Shown here: in pieces, positions 14,669 through 27,249 of the stretch
Layout of the letters: each line of letters opens with the position of its first letter
How positions within the stretch are numbered: position 1 is the stretch's first letter
Origin: the human T2T-CHM13v2.0 reference genome, Homo sapiens
Length of the DNA stretch: 64,000 bases
NCBI RefSeq assembly: GCF_009914755.1
Contig: NC_060928.1
Direction: 5' to 3' (one strand)
The notes under the pieces: model-generated
The model's database searches: none
What the model was told of the DNA's origin: nothing
What the model saw: only the letters and a program-made list of their open reading frames with translations
Program-made: the position numbers and the translations under genes

Positions 14669-15470
14669 TATTAGGGTTGTGCATCTACTTCCTGCCTTCG
14701 TCAAATTTCATATGTCAAAGTCCTAACTCCTGGTACCTGGGATGTGACTGTATTTGAAGATAGGATCTTTAAAGAGGTGAGTACATTACAATAAGGTCAT
14801 TGAAGTGGGCCCTAATCCAGTATGACTGATGTCCTCATAGGAAGAGGAGATTAGGACGCAGATATACACAAAGAGAAGATAATGTGATGTTCCACAGTAT
14901 AGGTCTATGCAAACCTACTCCCAAAAATCTGAAGAAATGAAGAGACCGAAGAAAGATGCTGACATAACCAGTTTCTCAGAAAGAAACATGTAATACAAAC
15001 TTACAAACAGAAGCCATGCCTCCGTCTTAGATGGCAGTGAGACAAGATGGTGGATCCTCGCAATTACCCCAGACCCAGGGCTTACATACCATAGGGAAAG
15101 GATAATCATGATTCAGAAGGGATGTGCAGGACAATTGAAGGATGATAGCATCAGTGTTGTTTTGACCATAGGGCAGAATTTATGGTAAGAATGTGCTCTT
15201 ACACAGGAAACAATAGATAAACTGGAAATCTTAGTGGTCTTCCCAGAACAGGAGTTAACCAGAAGTCAATATGATGAATCTGCATCCAAGATGGAGTTGC
15301 TTTAGCCTCCACATTTGCATACCTGAGGAGAAGACAACCATCCACAAGCCAAGGAGAGAGGACACAGAAGAAACAACCCTGCCAACATCTTGATCTTGGA
15401 CTTTCAGCCTGAAGCAGTGAGAGAAAATCAACTTCAGTCTTTGTTGTGGCAGCCCTAGCAAACTAATTCA
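14669..15470 (+). mobile_element. MLT1A/B LTR, split by a nested ERV1 LTR
   Basis: gatgtgactgtatttgaagatagg...gggccctaatccagtatgactg, resuming at ~15322 and ending ggcagccctagcaaactaattca. Confidence 0.85.
14888..15313 (-). mobile_element. ERV1 solo LTR (MER84/MER93-like) nested in MLT1
   Basis: Reverse strand starts tgtggaggctaaagcaactccatcttggatg. TG..CA ends. Interrupts the MLT1 LTR. Confidence 0.75.
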
Positions 15471-15963
15471 TTCCCTGTGAACTGTGAGCATTAAACCAGT
15501 CCAGCATGCCCTTCCCTTGCCATAGTGGCAGTGTTCCATCCAGTATGCCAAAACTACGGCAGGACTCCACATGGTGGCTGCTTCATCAGCCTTGGTCATA
15601 AATAAAATAGGATGCAGTAGATAGTCCCAATGACTTGCAATGGACATCACAGAAGCAAAAAGTAAACACTTTTTGTTCAAGAAAGACATTTGGGCTGTGT
15701 TTTTATACAGCATAACCTAATCTATTGTGAATGCTGCCTGTCTGTGCTCAGAGATTATTAAGATTAGCAAATATTCTTAAATGTCACATAATTATATTTG
15801 TAATATGGCTATGAAGGAAAAGTACAACATGTTTTTGATAGTAAGGGCACTTCGCATCAACTATGTTATTTGATCTAAATCTCAACCATTTCAGACACAG
15901 AAATGGTAAACCTTTTTCTTCTAGACTGCCAAGAAGTTAATTCTTAGAAAGGTGACTGACACT

Positions 15964-16228
15964 GGCTGGGCACAGTGGCTTACACCTGTAATTCCAGAGC
16001 TTTGGGAGGCCAAGGCAGGTGGATCACGAGGTCAGGAGTTAAAAATATAAAAAATTAGCCAGGCATGGTTGCACGCGCCTGTAATCCCAGCTATTAGGGA
16101 GGCTGAGGCAGGAGAATCTCTTGCACCCAGGAGGCGGAGGTTGTGGTGAGTGGAGATCGTGGCATTGGACTGCAGCCTGGGCGACAGCGCAAGACTCCGT
16201 CTCAAAAAAAAAAAAAGGAAAGAAAAAT
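15964..16228 (+). mobile_element. AluS with ~40-bp internal deletion in the left arm
   Basis: ggtcaggagtt joins directly to aaaaatataaaaaattagcc. TSD-like flanks gaaa(g/c)gtgactgaca. Confidence 0.95.
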
Positions 16229-17581
16229 GAAACGTGACTGACATAGCCAGGCCATTTCACTGGAACATGATTTTAAAAAGGGTAAGAATCCACATTTTTA
16301 TTAGCTAGTTTCTAATATTCTTTTTACTATAGAAAAGGGATATAGTAAAAGGCCAGGATATAGTAAATTGCAAGGTTTTCAACAGAAGAACCATTCAACA
16401 TAAACAATAACAATAAAAAAGTTAGTAGTTTATCACTATGGATGTGTCCCTTTACCTAAAATGAAATGAAATATTTTTACTTCATTTTTATAAATAGTGT
16501 AATGCGGCAGTCAAAAATAGAAACTATGAAACTTCAATTTCCAAAAAATATTAAATATACTTGTCATTATTTAATTGCGATAAACATTATTTACCTAAAA
16601 TAAAAATAAGTATCTTCATTTCTGTTTCATTTCTGATCTGCCCTAAGACTCACGTGGTTCCTAATAGAATCTGACTACTTCACATGCTAAGTTTTAATTT
16701 ATTATTCCATTTGATAAAGCTCCACTGAGCCCCTAGATGTTTTGTGTTTTATGTTAGACTGAAGGATCTAAAAAAAAGATGAGGAAAACTAGACCTAAAA
16801 AGATAAAACTTGTTAATTTAATTTATAAAGCTCTTTTCACTTCTGGACATGAAGCAGATATTTAATGAGTTAGAATACGATTAACTGTTTTTAATACTAT
16901 AAGATGAGGCAAAAGATGAAGATTTTTCAAAGGGTATACATACAATGAAAAGAATTATATCTTCACACTTTGAATAACCAGCTTGGTTAAACATATAGTT
17001 TAAAATACATTGTGCTACAATGAAGATTTTAATGATAAATCTCACCCTGTCTTAGAGGTATTTAAATTAAAGATGAAACCTAACTATTGCTTTATCTAGG
17101 CCACACCCCGGGGGACCAGCAGGATTGTTCTGTACAAGTTAATATCTTTGATTCTGTGCAGTCTAACTCCATATGCTCTGGGCAGTGGGGTTTCCACAAT
17201 GTCCCTTTCAAAAGGCAATCTTGGCACAACTGAACTTACTCTTAGGAAATCTTTGGAGATCTTCTGAATCGTTTCTTTATTCTCTTAATCATATATCTGT
17301 GACAATTCCCAATTTACAGCCACATACTAAATTAAGCAATGGTAATAACAAAAGACCATGTTATTTTGTTAGTAGTCAGTGAAGTAAAACATTATTAACC
17401 TATGAACCTACCATAAGTACCATTCTCTCAGTCTTCCATCAGAGAATGCAGAGAGAAATTGGCTTCTATAGATTGTCTCCATTCCACTTCATTAACATTT
17501 ATTTGTCTCAGAACAAGCAATTCACCAGCAGTGTTTTGAATTGTCCTCAATCCAAAAGTAATTACATAATTTAAATAGTGG

Positions 17582-19635
17582 TGTTGCAGGATCCTTGGGG
17601 TGTCACTTTTCTGTCCAAAAATGTCTGTGGCCAGTGGCACATTTGCCCAAGTTTTGCTTAGGCCCACTGGGCTCATTCCACCCGCTTGGCCTGGTAGGCT
17701 GTGCTTGGCACACACTACCAGCCTGGATCTCATACCTCCAAGAGAGACTGTGAGTCAGGCGTGGAGCAGCTAGGGGTATGTGAGTGAGCATGGGGTCTGG
17801 CCACTGTGCAGTCAGGCACACTAGCTGCTGCCGTGGGGCAGGCAGCTCCAGGTGCTGGCATGGGCGCTGGCTCTCTGCAAAGCTGTGGTTGGACGAGGAG
17901 CACTGCAAGACAGCTTTGCTGGCTGGCACTGGGGTATGTGGTGGCACCCAGAAGCTTAGAGATGCCAGGAACCGCAGGGTCCCAAAGAGGGAGTCACAGC
18001 CTTGGCTCAGAGAGCTCCCAGGTCTGGGATCCCCAAAGTGCTGCTGCTCTTCTCTCCTTTTAGCCCTCAATGTGGCAGGCAAGGGACATGTTTCAGTCCT
18101 GTTTGTGTTACAGCTCTTTTAGCCTCACCATTTGGCGGGTACCAAGTTCTTGTCCTGTGACCAGGAAGAATGAGGTATGCAGACAAGCTGAGGGTGAACA
18201 AGACAAAGAGGAGCTTTACTGAGTAATAGAACAGCTCAGAGGAATCTCATAGTGAGCAGCTCTTCTCTGTAGCCAGCGTGTCCTGAGGAGTGCTCAGCTC
18301 TTCACAGAGAGGGTAGCTCCTCTTAGCAGGCAGGTTGTCCTAACAAGTTTTCAGTTCTCAGCAAAGAGGGCAGCTCCTCTCTGCAGCTGATTGTCCTTTC
18401 CCTTGCAGCTCAAGGCAGAGAGGAGGTCCTAGAGTAGGTAGCTCCTCTCTGCAGGCAGGTTATCTCAACAAGCGTTCAGTTCTCAGTAGAGAGGGTAGCT
18501 CTTCTCTACAGCTGGTTCTTCTAGCATGTGCAGCTCTAGGAAGAAAGCAATGCCCTAGAGTGGGTGGCTCATCTCTGCAGGCAGGTAGTTCTGTCATCTC
18601 TGCAGCTCTCAGCAGAGAGGAAGCCCTAGAGTGAGTAGCTCTTCTCTGCAGCTGGTGGTCCCAACATCTGTAGCTCTCAGCAGAGAGGAGGCCCTGGAGT
18701 GGGTAGCTCCTCTCTGCAGCTGGTCTTCCCAACATCTGCTCAGTGAGCCCTGCACTTTTATGCTCCTCAAAGGGTAGGACAGGTGCACCAACAGGTCCTT
18801 GGGCTTCCATGGCTGGGCCTGGAAAAGGCACCACAAGTTCCCACTCTGATCTGTGGGACTGGTAGCCGGGTTCCCAGCCTTCAGGCTCTCCCTGGTCCAA
18901 AAGTGGGGCCTCAATAAGGACCTGTCCCCTTCGCTGAGGAACCTGTCTGCCTCCTGCTGCCATTCACAGTGCCCAGGCTGTAGGTGCCAAGGGGTACCTA
19001 CAGGCCAGCACTGAGCTGCCCTCAGCCCGCATCAGCTTCCCTTCTATATCCATGGGCACCCAAAGTCAGGAGGGGGCAGAGGGAGCAGGGCACTGGTGTG
19101 TTAGCACTGCCTCAAGCATGTGCACACTCAGCCAGGATGTGATAGTGCCCAGGCTCGGTCCTGACTTTGCTCCAGGATCTGAGTGGGTGCTGACAGTGGA
19201 GAGAGACCAGGCAGTGAGAGCAGGCATTTTTGAGCCTGCGAGGGCAGGGAGCCTTCCAGGGCCCCAAAAGTGCAAGGATGCCTGGTCCGCAGCACAGTTT
19301 GAGCAGCTGCAGTTGCACCCAGTGGGGCGGGACTCCTACCTGCTTTGTGGAGCAGGAGGCCCAGGTCTACAGCCATGGTTTGAGCAGCTGCAGCTGGGTC
19401 TAGGAGGGTGGGTCTCCTGCCTGCTCTGTGGAGTGGGAAGCCCAGGTCTGCAGTGACGACTTGGGTAGCTGAAGCTGCACTTGAGGAGCTTCTGCTTCAC
19501 CAACCCAGAAGGGGCAGCGCTCCCACTTGTCCCTGGCTCCCTCCAGCTCCACAGAATGTGTAGCCATGGCAACGCCTCCCTGCTGCAGCCAGCATGATGG
19601 CAGCAGCCACTCCATACAGGCCACCATTGCCATCA
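17582..19635 (-). mobile_element. MER52 (A/D-type) long ERV1 solo LTR with internal tandem repeats at ~18230-18745
   Basis: tgttgcaggatccttggggtgtcacttttc...gccaccattgccatca, GC-rich. Perfect 4-bp TSD GTGG (17578-17581 / 19636-19639). Repeated gagggtagctcctctctgcagc units. Confidence 0.9.
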
Positions 19636-21549
19636 GTGGCAATTAAACTATTTAGAACAGGGTTTGAAAATAGCAGCACGTGGATTATATCTACTCCTAC
19701 ATATATGTTTTATACGGCCTTCCAGTGTTTGTTTTCTTATATTGAGTTGGTAGCATTGAAAATTGGGAGGCTGTATAGGATCAGTCACTCTGACTTCTAC
19801 TGAAGAAAAGGCAAGCAAAAAGGAAGAGAAAAGAAAAAGTAAAAAAATAGGAGAAGGTAGGGGTGGAAGAGAAGGGAATGAATGGATGGGAAAATAGAAG
19901 GAAAGGGAATGATGAGAGGAAAGCATGGGGCAAAGAAAAGAGGACAAAAAAACAGAATACTGTTAGCACCTCTGAGCCAACATCACTTTTTGGTAACAAT
20001 TAGTTCCTGAGTAGCAGGCATTCCTTTTAGAGGTATCTCTATTCTAAATTTCCTGTAATCCTTTCTATTCTCTATTCTTTCTCATCTAGTTCATTTCACA
20101 TGTTCTTAACCTACTGTATTCTATACGGTCATTTTCATTTGTGTGTCTTATTTTAGACTACTAGCTCTTTGAAGCAATCCCACGGCTCAGCCATGCAGTG
20201 TCACATCCATGATAAAAGTTGGCTAAACTGAATTGTGTATGGAGTCGAAGACTCACCAAATAACTGACATTGATTTTTATATCCATTTCCATCGCTTATA
20301 ATAAATGAGGTCTTTTTATTTTTTCTTTTTTATCCACTCTCTATATCAAGTAGCACCTCTATTTTGTATCTATTCTCCTAACTTCACCTCCACTTAGCAA
20401 TTAATGGAGTCTTTTTTTAAAGGATTTTATTTCCTTTTATGCCTCCTGTTGAAGCCAGTAGCTCTCAGCCTTTCAGATTAGAATATGATTCATCTTAAAG
20501 AAGAAAGAAGAGAAATGATGCATCATAAAGTAACTCCTCTTACTCTGATGGTTTCCCTCATCAGCTAGGTTAGGAGAGCTGTATCCCCTTGACTTTGCAT
20601 TTCCAAATATTAATTCAAGAATGGTAAATCAGCTCTTGTTTATCATTTTGCCAAGTAAGACATTTTAGTCTCATGAAAGTTAATCAATTTTAAACAATTT
20701 AGGGCCTCAAAACATAACTAGAGTCTTCTCTCATTACTCACTTTATTTTCAATTTACAGCCTTCAACTCAGTTGATAGCCTATGTTGTAATCTTCCTTAG
20801 ACCTAAAATGAAGTTAAAATGCCATTTCTTGTATCAAAAGGATTAAAGAAATCTAAATACTGTGTAATTTTTACTCTATTCATTATACAATGTTAACGAT
20901 TTTGGAGTTTTAGAGGATTTTTTTATTTTAGGATTTGTGTTACTGAATATTTATACTTCTATTGGTCTCTAGAATGTAGAAATATTTTTCTCATTATACT
21001 ATATTTATTTTGGTACCTTCTAGGAGTTTTTCATTTTTCCATTAGCATAATTCTTACCTACTTCAATTCATAACTCCTACCACTAAATTATTATATGACA
21101 GTCAATTTTTAAAAGTACATTGATCTTTTCACTGTCCAGCTTTTATCTTCTTTAAATAAACTTTAAGATTTATGTGCTTTTCCCTTTAAATTAAGTTTCT
21201 GTTTTTCATATATCTTTATTATTTTAACATGGTTACTTTGTGCCACAATTTATTCTTTAAATGTCTTTTAAAGATAAACATAAAAGATAATTAAATAGCT
21301 CTTAGACATTGTAGAGCCAATATTAATTTCTTATCTCTCATTTACTTACTCTCTGTTATCTCTTTTTGCTGAATATCACTGTAAAACCTATACTTATTCT
21401 ATATAATTCCCATGGCTAAAATTGCTTCTTTTAGTTTTTTTAGTAATTTTTTTAATTGAAAGCTTTCATTCATTAAAAAAAGTAGTCTCTAATCCTAATT
21501 TCTTTTCTATGCATTGGCTGAGTTGGTTTGGAAGCCCATGTTTCTTTCA

Positions 21550-21780
21550 TATATAAGAAAACAACATATATATATGTCATATATAGTACATATGAAACCT
21601 ATATATACTATATAATATGGTTCTCACATATAATATATACATATACCTATATATTATATACATAAATTATATAATACATAAAACATTTGATCAACTCCAA
21701 TTATACATAAAACATATATTATATATAACATATGTGTTTTATATAGATAGTGTACTTGTTTTATATATAATATATATGTT
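21550..21780. repeat. AT-rich degenerate (TA)n low-complexity tract
   Basis: Runs of tatata/catata seen directly. Confidence 0.85.
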
Positions 21781-22848
21781 TCCCTTGCATTTCAGAACAC
21801 ACATATTCCTGTCTATTTCATTTGGATGAATGTTAAGAATATTAGATATTGTCATTAATTTCTTACTCTACTTAGCAAGCTAAAATTCTTTCTGATTGAC
21901 AGGCTAAATACACTATATAATTAGAGTTGATCAAATGTTTTAAAATAAAGGTTGTAAGAAATGCAAATGAAAGTAAACTCAACCACCCCTTTCCTCCCAT
22001 TACAGTAACACCCAGTTATTTCCTTTCTGGCAAACAGTGAAAGGGCTTAGAATGCCTCAGGGTCATCTCAATATATAAAGTGAGGTAACATTTAAGATGA
22101 GAATGGAGGCTATATTTCTTCAACAACTTAGCAATACGATTTACTCTTTCAAAAGAGCAATCACCCCAAATGTGTTTTCTAAGGACTGAGAAAATAATCA
22201 GCTTGCAATATAATCTTAATAAACCATCTTGCCACTGTGAACTTCATGATAGACACTGCATTGATAGTTTTGAAACCAAAATTTGGGGCAAAAAGCCTAT
22301 AAGACTAAAAATGAAATTGTATTTACAGAGAGAATAGGATGAGTTCATTAAAATCAGGGCTGTTTATTAAATTCCAGAATGTAGGACCCTCACCTTAAAA
22401 TAGAGTAAATAAATGTCCCTTGCAGGGCTGATGGGCCCAGCTGGCTTGGCTCTGCCTTTCTTGCTGATGTGAGCAAGTACCTCTATCTATGCTATTTTAG
22501 TTCTTTGAAGGGTACTTGGGGACAAACGTCACACTGTTTTCCTTCTAAAAATGCTAACTTCAGGCCTTCTCTATCAAGCTTGACTGGATACTCTCAAACT
22601 TGCTTCAACAAAATGTATTTCATACCATATGTAATACTGTATTCATAGACTCACAATTAACTCTGTTCAATTGGCTAACAGGAAATACGGATGCTCCTTT
22701 TCCGATCTTTTGTATTAGTAATTTGCTAAAGTTCATTTTCTTAGCTATTTATTCACTGCTGTAAAACACAGCCAGTGTGAAACTAATATTTAAAATTTTG
22801 AGATGCTTCATCATATTTTGATGTAATTGCTTTGTACAGACAGGTTTA

Positions 22849-23154
22849 TTTATTTATTTATTTTTATTTTTGAAGACAAGGTCTTGCTGTCACCCAGGCT
22901 GGAGTACAGTGGTATCATCACACCTTACTGCAGCCTCAACCTCCCAGGCTCAAGCAATCCACCTGCCTCAGCCTTTTGAGAAGCTGGGACTACAGGCATG
23001 CATCACTATGCCGGGCTAATTTTTTTTCATGTTTTATAGAGATGGGGTCTCACTATGTTGCCCAGGCTGGTCTCAAACTCCTGGGCTCAAGTAATCCTCT
23101 CACTTCAGGTTCCCAAAGTGCTGGGATTACAGATGTGAACCACCATGCCTGACC
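22849..23154 (-). mobile_element. AluJ full length
   Basis: (TTTA)n tail and AluJ-type ctcctgggctcaagtaatcctc. TSD tgtaca(g/a)aca(g/a)gttta on both sides. Confidence 0.95.
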
Positions 23155-23685
23155 TGTACAAACAAGTTTAGAGAATAATATACAAATATCCTTGCCCCAC
23201 TACATAGAATAAATTAATATTAATAATTTATTAAATTTGTTTTCTAGATTTAGATAAATGAAATAAATATTCCTAATAAAGTTCAAGTCCCATTTATAAT
23301 TTTTTCCTGGTCTCATCTTCATCTCCACAGACAAGCACTATCATAAATTGGTGTATTTTTTTAGTCTATATTTTGGTAATAAGAAAAAGAATAATTAGGA
23401 GGAAGAGAATGAGAAGGATAAAGGAACAATTACTTTTTTACATTTGTTGAGCACCTACTAATAACAGGGACTTTCTAAGTGCTTTTCACATATTACCTAA
23501 TATAATTATCAAAACAACTGGTTTTGTACACAAGAAAACTAAGGCACAGAGAGCTTATATAAATTTTATAAAGTCACATACATAGTAAGTGCTGGAACCA
23601 GAATATAAACCCAGCCATTGTACTGCATATACAAGTATATGTGTCCATTAACAGTGTTTTTAGTATTGTTTTCTATGTTTTAATA
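23052..23685 (+). repeat. left arm of ~634-bp near-perfect inverted repeat (partial AluJ + L1M + MIR)
   Basis: Reverse complement of 26126-26758. By eye only one substitution and one 1-bp indel, both in the Alu part. Confidence 0.97.
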
Positions 23686-23873
23686 TAGAGGTGTAAAGTG
23701 GGAAATCAGGGGTCTCAAGCCTTCAGAGCTGAGAGTCCCGAACAGAGATTTACCCACATATTTATTAACAACAAACCAGTCATTAGCATTGTTTCTATAG
23801 ATATTAAATTAACTAAAAGTATCCCTTATGGGAAATGAAGGGATGGACCGAATTAAAGGAATAGGTTGGGTTA
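23682..23873 (-). mobile_element. MER9 (HERV-K9/HML-3) LTR, middle piece
   Basis: Reverse complement reads ...aacctattcctttaattcggtccatcccttc...aataaatatgtgggtaaatctctgttcgg...cccactttacacctctatatt, as in MER9. Confidence 0.9.
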
Positions 23874-23933
23874 TGTCTATAATTCCTCTAGTGCCACTGG
23901 GTTAGGGTCTCCCCAACCGAGCTGGTCTTGGCA
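23874..23933 (+). mobile_element. MER9 LTR, 3' terminal piece (opposite orientation to the other two pieces)
   Basis: tgtctataattcctctagtgccactgggttagggtctccccaaccgagctggtcttggca is the MER9 3' end. Confidence 0.9.
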
Positions 23934-24269
23934 AACTTGCTCAGTTATTCAATCAATTACCAATCCAGAGGTGTTTCTGTCAAGGCACTTTGTAACTGTG
24001 ATTCAATTCTATAATCAGATTATTTTAAATTAATATTAGTAAGATTATCCTAGATAATGTGGATAAGACTGTTTAGAGCAGAACTAAGATTTACCTGAAA
24101 AAAAAATTCTGCCTGTGAACTACAGTTTTAACCTTTGCTCAAGAATTGCAACTGGCCTTTTCTGAAGGCCTGCCCTGTGAATTTCAAACTTGGCTCATCA
24201 ACCCTCATAATCATGTCTCTTAATATATTATCCTGCTGAATCTGTTTCTCTGGTGAAACTTGAGTTACA
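23934..24269 (+). mobile_element. MLT2 LTR body (host of the MER9 insertion); its 5' ~25 bp lie at 26998-27022 on the minus strand
   Basis: aacttg...agattatcctagataatgtgg...aattctgcctgtgaac...tctgtttctctggtgaaacttgagttaca. Confidence 0.75.
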
Positions 24270-24451
24270 TAGGTGGGAAGGAATTATTCTTAGTCGATCC
24301 TTGTAGAGCTGATATCCTCTACTTAAGTGACTTGACTCAAAGCTTTTTTTCTCTCAATTTTATTTCTTACATTTTGAGGTCTACAAGGAATATGTTTAGA
24401 TTATATATTTATGCATAACAAAATACTGAAAAATGTAATGCCTTACAACTA

Positions 24452-24706
<255 letters not shown>

Positions 24707-25374
24707 TTATGGGCCAGAAATTCCTGAAGGGCTGAGCTGGTTATTCTGTCTCTGATACATTTACTGTCAGCAGAGGTGTCTGGGGCTGGCAAATCTACTA
24801 CCAAGGTGGCTTCTCCACTTACGTAATTGGTACCTTGGTGCTCCATCATCTACCTCTTCCCAAAGGGTATCTCAGTCTGCAGTTCTCCTTGTGTGGACTG
24901 GGCTTCCGATGACATAGTCGTCTCAGGGTAGCTGTATTTCTTATATGGCTACAGCCATTAATAGGGAGGCAGAAAAAGCTGTCAAAGTTTTTAAGCCTGT
25001 GCCAGAAAATGGCACACAGTGACTTCTGCCATTTGTTGTTGGGCAAAGCAGTCTCAAGGCCCATCCAAACAGATTCAAGAGGGTGGAAAAACAATCTCCA
25101 CATCTTCATTGGGAGTAGCAAAGTGACATCAGAAGAGCAAATGGGACTAAATGATATTTTTAGTGACATTTTTGGACAATGTAATTTTACATGTCTACTT
25201 TTTCACATTTACTAGGTACCCAGCTTTTGAACTCAGTTTTTCATTCATTTCTGCTTTTAAACTAATTATCTCTCATAACATGCTATGTACAGTTATCAAA
25301 AAACAATTCAGACTACTAAAAAAATGGCTTTTCCATTTCTTCCTCATGAACTACTTACTCTAAATTGGCAATTT

Positions 25375-26190
25375 TTAAGTCAAGAAAAAGATAAGCTATT
25401 CACTAAGTGGTATTGGGACCATTGGCTCTTCATAGGAAAATTGATAGAATTAAATTTAATTATTTCATACCACACACATAAATCAATTAATTTTACAATT
25501 AATTAGTGGAAAAAAAAGGAAAAGTGACTCTACCAAAAGTAGAAGGGGAAGGGTTTTTAAAAAGTACAAATTATAAGAGTTATGGATTAAACTCTATTAA
25601 AATTCACAAAATTTATGTGAAACGTAAACAAAATGATACATGATTTAAAAAAACCTGTGAAAAACTGAAAGGATATATTTTTAACAAACAAATAATTTAT
25701 ATATGGAATTTGTTGAAATGCTTATATAAAGATGAAAAAGAGACTAACAATTCAAAAGATAATTAAGAAAAATACAAACCTAGTCAAGTTTTAGGGGAAA
25801 AAACCCAAAAGATTCCTATACTCTAATAACAAAGGAAATAATCATTAAAAAAAATTCACACATATCTGAATGAAAAAAATGTCTGACAGTATAGTTTTTG
25901 AAAGAATCTGAAACAAGCTGCAAATTCTAAAATCTTCTGGAGAAAATATAGTTTCATAAGGTAACAATTTACAGTCTTACTGAAAATAGAGCTGTATGTT
26001 CACTAGATCTAGCAATTTTCTATTACATATAATACTTTTTTGGAAACATTTACAAAGATATGCCTGTTTTGACAAAATAAATAATACATGTACCTGAAAA
26101 ATAAACCATTGAATGAAAAAAAAAGTATTAAAACATAGAAAACAATACTAAAAACACTGTTAATGGACACATATACTTGTATATGCAGTA
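25375..26190 (+). mobile_element. old L1M(E) 3' region
   Basis: agaaaaagataagctattcactaagtggtattgggaccattgg resembles the L1 ORF2 3' end. A-rich and continuous into the right inverted-repeat arm. Confidence 0.65.
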
Positions 26191-26758
26191 CAATGGCTGG
26201 GTTTATATTCTGGTTCCAGCACTTACTATGTATGTGACTTTATAAAATTTATATAAGCTCTCTGTGCCTTAGTTTTCTTGTGTACAAAACCAGTTGTTTT
26301 GATAATTATATTAGGTAATATGTGAAAAGCACTTAGAAAGTCCCTGTTATTAGTAGGTGCTCAACAAATGTAAAAAAGTAATTGTTCCTTTATCCTTCTC
26401 ATTCTCTTCCTCCTAATTATTCTTTTTCTTATTACCAAAATATAGACTAAAAAAATACACCAATTTATGATAGTGCTTGTCTGTGGAGATGAAGATGAGA
26501 CCAGGAAAAAATTATAAATGGGACTTGAACTTTATTAGGAATATTTATTTCATTTATCTAAATCTAGAAAACAAATTTAATAAATTATTAATATTAATTT
26601 ATTCTATGTAGTGGGGCAAGGATATTTGTATATTATTCTCTAAACTTGTTTGTACAGGTCAGGCATGGTGGTTCACATCTGTAATCCCAGCACTTTGGGA
26701 ACCTGAAGTGAGAGGATTACTTGAGCCCAAGAGTTTGAGACCAGCCTGGCAACATAGT
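26126..26758 (-). repeat. right arm of the inverted repeat (contains MIR ~26195-26372 and a truncated Alu left monomer ~26657-26758)
   Basis: Reverse complement of 23052-23685. Confidence 0.97.
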
Positions 26759-26997
26759 TAGGTTGGGTTAGTTAACTGCTGCAGGAGCATGTCCTTAAGG
26801 CACAGATCGCTCATGCTAGTTTGTAGCTTAAGAATGGCTTTAAGCGGTTTTCTGCCCTAAGCGGGCCAGGTGTTCCTTGCCCTCATTCTGGTAAACCCAC
26901 AACCTTCCAGCGTGGACGTTAGGGCCATTATGAACATGTTATACAGTGCTGCAGAGATTTTGTTTATGGCCAGTTTTGGGGGGCCTTGCTCTCAATA
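26759..26997 (-). mobile_element. MER9 LTR, 5' piece
   Basis: Reverse complement tattgagagcaaggccccccaaaactggccataaacaaaatctctgcagcactg... is the MER9 start. Followed by CAAGTT (TSD). Confidence 0.9.
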
Positions 26998-27092
26998 CAA
27001 GTTGACATAAAACACCATCAAACCACATAAGTCTCCATTTCAGATGACCTCAAGATAAACACATCACTCAGGTTTGTCGTGGAGAAAGCCAT

Positions 27093-27140
27093 AAGGAAGA
27101 GTTAGCAAAGAAAGAAGGAAGAGTTAGCAAAGAAAGAAGG
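27093..27140 (+). repeat. perfect 22-bp tandem duplication
   Basis: aaggaagagttagcaaagaaag x2 plus aagg. Confidence 0.95.
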
Positions 27141-27249
27141 CAGACTAGATATTCATATTTGGTAAATAATTTTGATTATGGTTCCTGTCAGAGAACAAAT
27201 GGATCAAGAACATACTGTGTTTTTATTTGAAGAATTGATGAGGGAGAAA

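Noticed and set aside
15468-15713. 81-aa minus-strand ORF starting with ATG
   Set aside because: Contains gaccaaggctgatgaagcagccaccat, typical of old MLT1 LTRs, and resembles no protein I recognise.
18230-18745. CRISPR-like repeat/spacer appearance
   Set aside because: Degenerate tandem units internal to MER52 in a primate genome, with no unique spacers or cas genes.
17428-19679. Cluster of long overlapping ORFs (up to 167 aa)
   Set aside because: All lie within the GC-rich MER52 LTR, on both strands, with no recognisable domain.
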